Assembly: GCF_036321535.1 (NCBI RefSeq)
Contig: NC_087437.1
Span: forward strand, 62,746,001-62,810,000
Origin: Camelus dromedarius
Taxonomy: Eukaryota
Length of the DNA: 64,000 nucleotides
Direction of reading: 5' to 3'
Shown here: piece by piece, positions 61,821-64,000 of the stretch
Layout of the letters: each line of letters opens with the position of its first letter
How positions within the stretch are numbered: the stretch's first letter is position 1
The notes under the pieces: model-generated
Databases searched by the model: none
Told to the model about the DNA's origin: nothing
Seen by the model: the letters and a program-made list of their open reading frames with translations, nothing else
Translations under genes and position numbers: made by a program

Positions 61821-62828
61821 CTCAACAAATATGTATTAAGTACCCCTGTCTCTGGATTTAGAGCCAGGATAGAATGCAATCCCCAGATGCCTGCCCTAGT
61901 GCCACAAACACATCTCCCCAGCATATGCAGGTAAGGAGGGACTCCACTTTCTCATAGCTCCATCACACTGCTAAAACTTGCCTGCACTGCATTCCACCAC
62001 TCTCCTCTACCTGCTTCCTATCTCCCTGAGAAAGGCTTCATTAGGCTCCGAGACCTCCAAAGGATTGTTCCAGACACTCCCTCCCTTCTGTCTGCTGTGT
62101 CTAACATGGACCCAGACCGGGGGCTTTTGGTTCTAGGACCAATCCCAGTATCACGAGGGTGCAAGGTTTCCTTTGTGAAGGTGATGTTCTGATTTTGCAC
62201 TGCCCCAGAGGCACTCACCTTCCACACTCCCCTCTATAACAGTCCTCTTTTATTTTGGGGTTCAGCTGAAGTCACTGCTTACAATCAGCCCTGCCTGGCA
62301 ACCACTAGGCACTTTGACAAGGTAACACTGAGCGGTCAGTGAAAAGGACAACAGGGTGGTATTTTATTCTTTTGAAAATGTCATTAAATCTTAAATACTG
62401 AAGGACCTTTTTTTTTTAAATGGAGTTACATCAGTGGCTGATGAGAGCTCTCCTGGGCTGCGTACCCTTTCCCATGATTAAGTACACTCTCCAGTCTTTC
62501 TGGTTGCCTCTCCTGCTTGCAAGAGAGAAATATGAGACCAAGGAGACAATTTAGGACAAAAACTCTGCTGTGCTCAGTCCCTGGCTTCTCAACCAGCAAG
62601 TCAGGTGTGGGTGGGGCTGTGAGCTGACCTTCAGTTGAGAGGAGATTTCATAGAGTTGCCCTCTAAAGTTGTGTTTCCTTAGAGAGGTCTGGAATCTCTG
62701 GGCCTCAGAGAAGCTCCATCAGGGTGGGCCGGGGCCCAGAGTCTCGGTCCAGACCCCGACAGTGGCCTTAACAGCGAAGGCTGAACGGAGACGAAATGCC
62801 ACGTCCACGACCAGGATGGCACAGTCTT

Positions 62829-62847
62829 CTCCCGGCAGGGGGCGCTC
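62829..62847 (+). promoter_or_regulatory. CTCF motif within a small CpG-rich patch
   Basis: CTCCCGGCAGGGGGCGCTC; lies in a CpG-enriched segment at ~62720-63060. Confidence 0.62.
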
Positions 62848-64000
62848 AGCCTCCCGCGCCGGCCCCTGGGCAGAGGACGCTGGGGACCCCGCCTGGAGGC
62901 CGGTGGACTGCATCTCTTCTGGTAAAGGACAGCAGCAGAGGTCCCTCCCCCGCTCGGCTTCCAGGAACAGCTCTGCCTCTGTGTGAGGGCCCTGCAATTC
63001 CACACAGCTGCCGCTAGCAGCTGCAAGGTGCGTTTTTTGTTTTTTGTTTTTAATCCGAGCACAGGAAGTTTGAGAAAAGAAAGGAATCCTCCACATCAGG
63101 GAAGCTGAAAATTAGAGTACAAAATTCATGACTCATTCCCTAGGCATAAAGCCACTGTGTCACACGTGCCATAAAAGCCACCCAACTTCCCAGGCCTAAT
63201 GTTGATCTCAGGCTCACTGGCAAAGCAAGGAGAACATAAAAGATTCCAAGACGTACGGAGTTCTACTGTTCCTGCACCAGACAGAGGACGTGAAGAATGA
63301 GATGCTTGCAGAGGAGTCAGAATTCTCGGCAACGTGCAGCGAGTCAAATGCCGGGCAACACAGGGCTTGTCGGGGCCTCTCCAGTGTTGTGTACGTGTAA
63401 GTACAGCCAGACCAGGGAGGAAGAGCATGGATGTCACCTTGGCCTTAAAACCTAAGCGAATCCCCTTTGTGCTTATTATTATAATTATATCTAATTATTA
63501 TTATAATTTTATTTATTATTTATTCACAACATCCTCCAGCACCTGCCTCCCCACCCTTACCTTCTGCCGCAGCAGCCTACAGTCCACAGGCCCTGACACC
63601 CGAGAGCCTCTGGTCAGAGTCCCATCTGCCTGGAACCCCCGCCCTCCAGGGCCGCCTGCCAAGTTCCCCCGCCCCTTCATGGTTGAGCTCAGTGTCCTCA
63701 GGTCCTGATTCATTATCTAATTGATTCATTCAACAAAGACCGAGGGCTTACTATGTGCCAGGCACTCCTTTAGGTGCTGGGGAGCAGCCCTGAACAGAAG
63801 AAACACCTTTGCCCCCACGGAGTTCGCATTCTCATCAGAGAGGCAGGCAGGGAACAAGATCACTAGGCAAAATCAGTGGCGCATTAGAATGCTGGGTCCT
63901 TGCACGGAAAGGAAAGGGTTAGGAAGTCTGGTATGTGTGGGGTCGGGGAGTATCTACTGGTTTGCATTTCTTCTGCAAGGATTTCCACAACCCCACTAAT

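Larger units (their letters stand above)
1..64000 (-). other. KALRN: Internal portion of the KALRN transcription unit (introns around the first SH3 exon and the Duet internal promoter); the gene extends beyond both ends of the window
   Basis: Two minus-strand exons match kalirin peptides, in the expected order (SH3 exon 5' of Duet exon 1). The Kalirin-7 STYV terminal exon and the next shared exon (DAYSHSS...) were not found in the window. Confidence 0.93.

Noticed and set aside
1..64000. Kalirin-7 PDZ-binding terminal exon (...PFSTYV*) and the shared exon after the SH3/Duet exons (DAYSHSS...)
   Set aside because: Not found in the minus-strand translations or on reading; presumably beyond the right and left window edges respectively.
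1..64000. CRISPR arrays, operons, defence systems or other prokaryotic systems
   Set aside because: No regularly spaced repeats and no gene-dense coding; the sequence is mammalian intron with interspersed repeats.

Overview
This is mammalian genomic DNA, not prokaryotic, so there are no operons, CRISPR arrays or rRNA. It is most likely a camelid (camel/alpaca/vicuna), inferred from four copies of a tRNA-Ala-like SINE resembling the camelid Vic-1 family and no recognisable Alu, B1/B2 or ruminant Bov-A SINEs. The whole window lies inside KALRN (kalirin RhoGEF kinase) on the minus strand and is almost entirely intronic. Two coding exons are supported. One is the first SH3-domain exon (44749..44503). 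The other is the alternative first coding exon of the short Duet/TRAD isoform (29175..29091, MKGGDRAYTRGPSLGWLFAKCCCCFPCG), which sits in a CpG-island internal promoter. Both exons end in phase 1, so both can splice to the same downstream exon outside the window. The rest is L1, L2, CR1/L3, MIR, LTR and DNA-transposon relics, simple repeats and several good CTCF motifs. Nearly all ORFs in the supplied track are chance ORFs. I see no wholly new biological system. The best second-look items are: a 10-codon uORF whose stop overlaps the Duet start codon (AUGA); the Duet N-terminal cysteine cluster; a divergent CTCF arrangement around the SH3 exon; a possible read-through/intronic-polyadenylation isoform; an apparent ~0.85 kb inversion splitting an ancient CR1/L3 element; and a poly(A)-only insertion with a 24-bp duplication. 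Gene and repeat-family names come from my recollection of known sequences, not from a database search.
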